10,022 nt of DNA. Source: Candidatus Eiseniibacteriota bacterium (lineage in GTDB: Bacteria > Eisenbacteria > RBG-16-71-46 > JABDJR01 > JAWXBZ01). The position numbers and the translations under genes were made by a program. Below the pieces are notes generated by a model, which saw nothing but the letters and a program-made list of their open reading frames with translations, did no database searches and was not told the origin of the DNA. Positions 7,862-10,022 of this stretch are shown one piece after another (position 1 is the stretch's first letter; each line of letters starts with the position of its first letter). The DNA lies in assembly GCA_034440375.1 (NCBI GenBank), contig JAWXBZ010000140.1:1-10022 (forward strand). Reading direction: 5' to 3'.

Positions 7862-9187
7862 GTGAACCGCCAAAAAACCATCGGTGGTCCGGCTACCATC
7901 TCGGGGGTTGGGCTTCATAGCGGCCAGAGGACCACGCTCAACTTTCTGCCGGCCAGTCCCAATTCCGGTGTTGTCTTCGAACGCATCGACCTGCCGGGGC
8001 GTCCCCGCATCCCGGTCCGGCCGGAGTCGGCCATTTACGACCCCGATGCCGGCCGCCGAACCATTCTCCGGAAGAACGGGGCCGAAGTGCACACGGTCGA
8101 GCATGTGCTGGCGGCCGTGGCCGGTCTCGGCGTCGACAACCTGATCATCGAGATTGACGGGCAGGAGGCGGCCGAGCCGCAAGATGGGTCGGCCCTGCCG
8201 ATCGCGAAGGCACTCCTGGCCGCCGGCATTGTCGAACAGGCCGCCGAAAAACGATGGCTCCGGATTCAGGAGCCGATCACGCTTAACCGGGATGGGGTCG
8301 AACTGATCGGGATCCCGCACGACGGACTCCGGATCTCCTTCACGATCGAGTACGACAGCCCGGCGGTGGGCACGCAGGTGGCTTCGTTCGATCTCTCGCC
8401 GGAGGTGTTCCTTTCCGAAATCGCGCCGGCCCGCACCTTCGTCATGCACAAGGATGTCGAGCGGCTGCGTGCCCAGGGGCTGATTCGCGGGGGCAGCCTG
8501 GACAATGCCATTGTCATCATGGACGATGGCATCCTGAATGAGAAGCCGCTGCGCTTTCGCGACGAGCTGGTTCGCCACAAGGTGCTCGACCTCCTCGGCG
8601 ATCTCTTCCTTCTCGGTCGGCCGCTCAAGGGGCATGTCATCGCCCGCCGCTCAGGCCACCAGTCCAATGTGGAGTTCGTGAAGCGTATCCATGATGTGGA
8701 GGAGCAATCCGCCTCCTTCACCGGCCTGCCGCCGGTTCCCATCGAGGGGGTTACCCCGCCGTGGGATATCGACGCCATCATGACGATCATGCCGCACCGC
8801 TACCCGCTCTTGCTGATCGACCGGATCCTGCATATGACCGACAATCGGGTCGTCGGTTTGAAAGGCGTCACGGTGAACGAGCCGTTTTTTACCGGCCACT
8901 TCCCCGGACACGCCATCATGCCTGGTGTCCTGATTATCGAGGCGATGGCCCAGTGCGGCGGCATCCTGCTGCTCAACAAAGTCAGCAGGCCGAAGGAAAA
9001 GCTTGTCTACTTCATGGCCATCGAGAAGGCCAAGTTCCGCAAACCGGTTCGGCCGGGAGATCAGCTCCGCCTCGAGCTGACTCTCATTCGATTCAACGGT
9101 CGTGTCGGCAAGATGTCCGGCAAGGCTTACGTTGGCGATTCGCTGGCCGCCGAAGCCGACCTGATTGCGACCGTGGTGGATCGCTGA
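7862..9187 (+). CDS. lpxC/fabZ: Bifunctional LpxC (UDP-3-O-acyl-GlcNAc deacetylase) / FabZ (3-hydroxyacyl-ACP dehydratase) fusion (441 aa)
   Basis: GTG start after GGGAGG. LpxC part: RQKTI…GVGLHSG, HTVEHVLAA, EIAPARTF, GGSLDNA, RHKVLDLLGD (HKxxD), RSGH. FabZ part from about 8760: MPHRYPLLLID, NEPFFTGHFPGHAIMPGVLIIEAMAQ, KFRKPVRPGDQL. One uninterrupted frame. Confidence 0.96.
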   Translation: MNRQKTIGGPATISGVGLHSGQRTTLNFLPASPNSGVVFERIDLPGRPRIPVRPESAIYDPDAGRRTILRKNGAEVHTVEHVLAAVAGLGVDNLIIEIDGQEAAEPQDGSALPIAKALLAAGIVEQAAEKRWLRIQEPITLNRDGVELIGIPHDGLRISFTIEYDSPAVGTQVASFDLSPEVFLSEIAPARTFVMHKDVERLRAQGLIRGGSLDNAIVIMDDGILNEKPLRFRDELVRHKVLDLLGDLFLLGRPLKGHVIARRSGHQSNVEFVKRIHDVEEQSASFTGLPPVPIEGVTPPWDIDAIMTIMPHRYPLLLIDRILHMTDNRVVGLKGVTVNEPFFTGHFPGHAIMPGVLIIEAMAQCGGILLLNKVSRPKEKLVYFMAIEKAKFRKPVRPGDQLRLELTLIRFNGRVGKMSGKAYVGDSLAAEADLIATVVDR

Positions 9188-9188
9188 A

Positions 9189-9968
9189 GTGGCGGCACCG
9201 AACATCCATCCCACAGCCATCGTGGCATCCGGGGCCGAGCTGGACCCCGGGGTTGACATTGGCCCCTTTGCCATCATCGGCCGGCATGTTCACCTGGGGC
9301 CCGACGTCTCGGTCGGCGCCCACGCCATCGTCGAGGGACACACCCGGGTCGGAGCCGGTTGCCGCATCTTTCCACACGCGGCGGTCGGGCTGGCTCCGCA
9401 GGATCTCAAGTACCGGGGCGAAGTCACCTGGCTGCATATTGGCGAGCGGACGGTCATTCGCGAATTCGCCACGCTGAATCTGGCCACCGACGAGGGGAAG
9501 TCGACCCGCGTCGGCTCGGATTGCCTGTTGATGGCCTACACCCACGTGGCCCACAACTGCACCATCGGCAACCATGTGATCCTGGCGAACGCGGTCAACC
9601 TGGCCGGCCACGTCACCATTGAAGATTACGCCATTCTCGGAGGCATGACGCCCATCCACCAATTTGTCCGGATCGGGGCCCATGTCATGATCGGCGGTGC
9701 CTCACGCATTTCCCAGGACGTGACGCCCTACGCCCTGGTGGCCGGCAATCCACCGGCCATGGCGGGCCTCAACCGCATCGGGCTCGAAAGACGCGGCTTC
9801 ACCGAAGCCACCATCGCCGCCTTGAAGCGGGCCTACAAGATATTGTTCCGGTCGGAGTTGTTGCTAAACGATGCGATCGCCCGGATTCGCCTTGACGTGC
9901 CATCCGGGCCGGAGGTCGGCTATCTCCTCGAATTCGTGGAAAGCTCGCAGCGCGGCCTGACGCGCTGA
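9189..9968 (+). CDS. lpxA: Acyl-ACP--UDP-N-acetylglucosamine acyltransferase LpxA (259 aa)
   Basis: Likely start is GTG 9189 (1 nt after the lpxC/fabZ stop, GGTGGA at 9175-9180) rather than 9165. Motifs IHPTAIV, PQDLKYRGE, IREFATL, AYTHVAHNC, LAGHV, IHQFVRIG, QDVTPY, GLNRIGLERRGF, and terminal RG. Confidence 0.96.
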   Translation: MAAPNIHPTAIVASGAELDPGVDIGPFAIIGRHVHLGPDVSVGAHAIVEGHTRVGAGCRIFPHAAVGLAPQDLKYRGEVTWLHIGERTVIREFATLNLATDEGKSTRVGSDCLLMAYTHVAHNCTIGNHVILANAVNLAGHVTIEDYAILGGMTPIHQFVRIGAHVMIGGASRISQDVTPYALVAGNPPAMAGLNRIGLERRGFTEATIAALKRAYKILFRSELLLNDAIARIRLDVPSGPEVGYLLEFVESSQRGLTR

Positions 9969-9975
9969 GGCGATC

Positions 9976-10022
9976 ATGAGGATCGGCCTGGCTGGATGCG
10001 GCCACCTCGGAAGCCGGCACGC
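9976..10022 (+). CDS. N-terminus of a Gfo/Idh/MocA-family NAD-dependent oxidoreductase (possible GnnA), truncated by the window edge
   Basis: GAGG (9967-9970) precedes ATG 9976, reading MRIGLAGCGHLGSRH…, a Rossmann beta-strand plus GxGxxG…H typical of Gfo/Idh/MocA N-termini. Only 15 full codons are visible and it is absent from the supplied ORF track. Confidence 0.7.
   Translation, partial: MRIGLAGCGHLGSRH

Noticed and set aside
2493..8635. Long antisense ORFs (2493-3644, 3364-4830, 6067-7083, 7634-8635) and the other overlapping ORFs in the track
   Set aside because: They overlap well-supported housekeeping genes, show no recognisable motifs, and are the shadow ORFs expected from high-GC codon bias.
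9165..9188. ORF-track starts at 9165 (lpxA), 6136 (skp) and 47 (mcsB)
   Set aside because: SD position and family N-termini favour 9189 and 6154, and the mcsB frame is open to the window edge so 47 is an internal Met.

Overview
GC-rich, gene-dense window with all real genes on the + strand, apparently one operon from a diderm (LPS-making) bacterium. Order: 3' part of mcsB (protein-arginine kinase), clpC, bamA, skp/ompH, lpxD, a fused lpxC-fabZ, lpxA, and the first 15 codons of a Gfo/Idh/MocA-type oxidoreductase (possible GnnA). The lpxC-fabZ fusion and gene order suggest an FCB-superphylum-type organism (inference only). No mobile element, CRISPR, tRNA or rRNA is visible. Four things merit a second look. 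(1) The phospho-arginine proteolysis module mcsB-clpC is physically coupled to the outer-membrane/lipid A cluster through a 29-nt clpC/bamA overlap. (2) A 20-bp x ~3.7 tandem repeat with internal dyad symmetry fills the bamA-skp spacer. (3) The mcsB-clpC spacer holds three stacked inverted repeats ending at the clpC ribosome-binding site. (4) The oxidoreductase after lpxA hints at diaminoglucose lipid A. The genes are all known housekeeping families; any novelty lies in their arrangement and in the non-coding elements.
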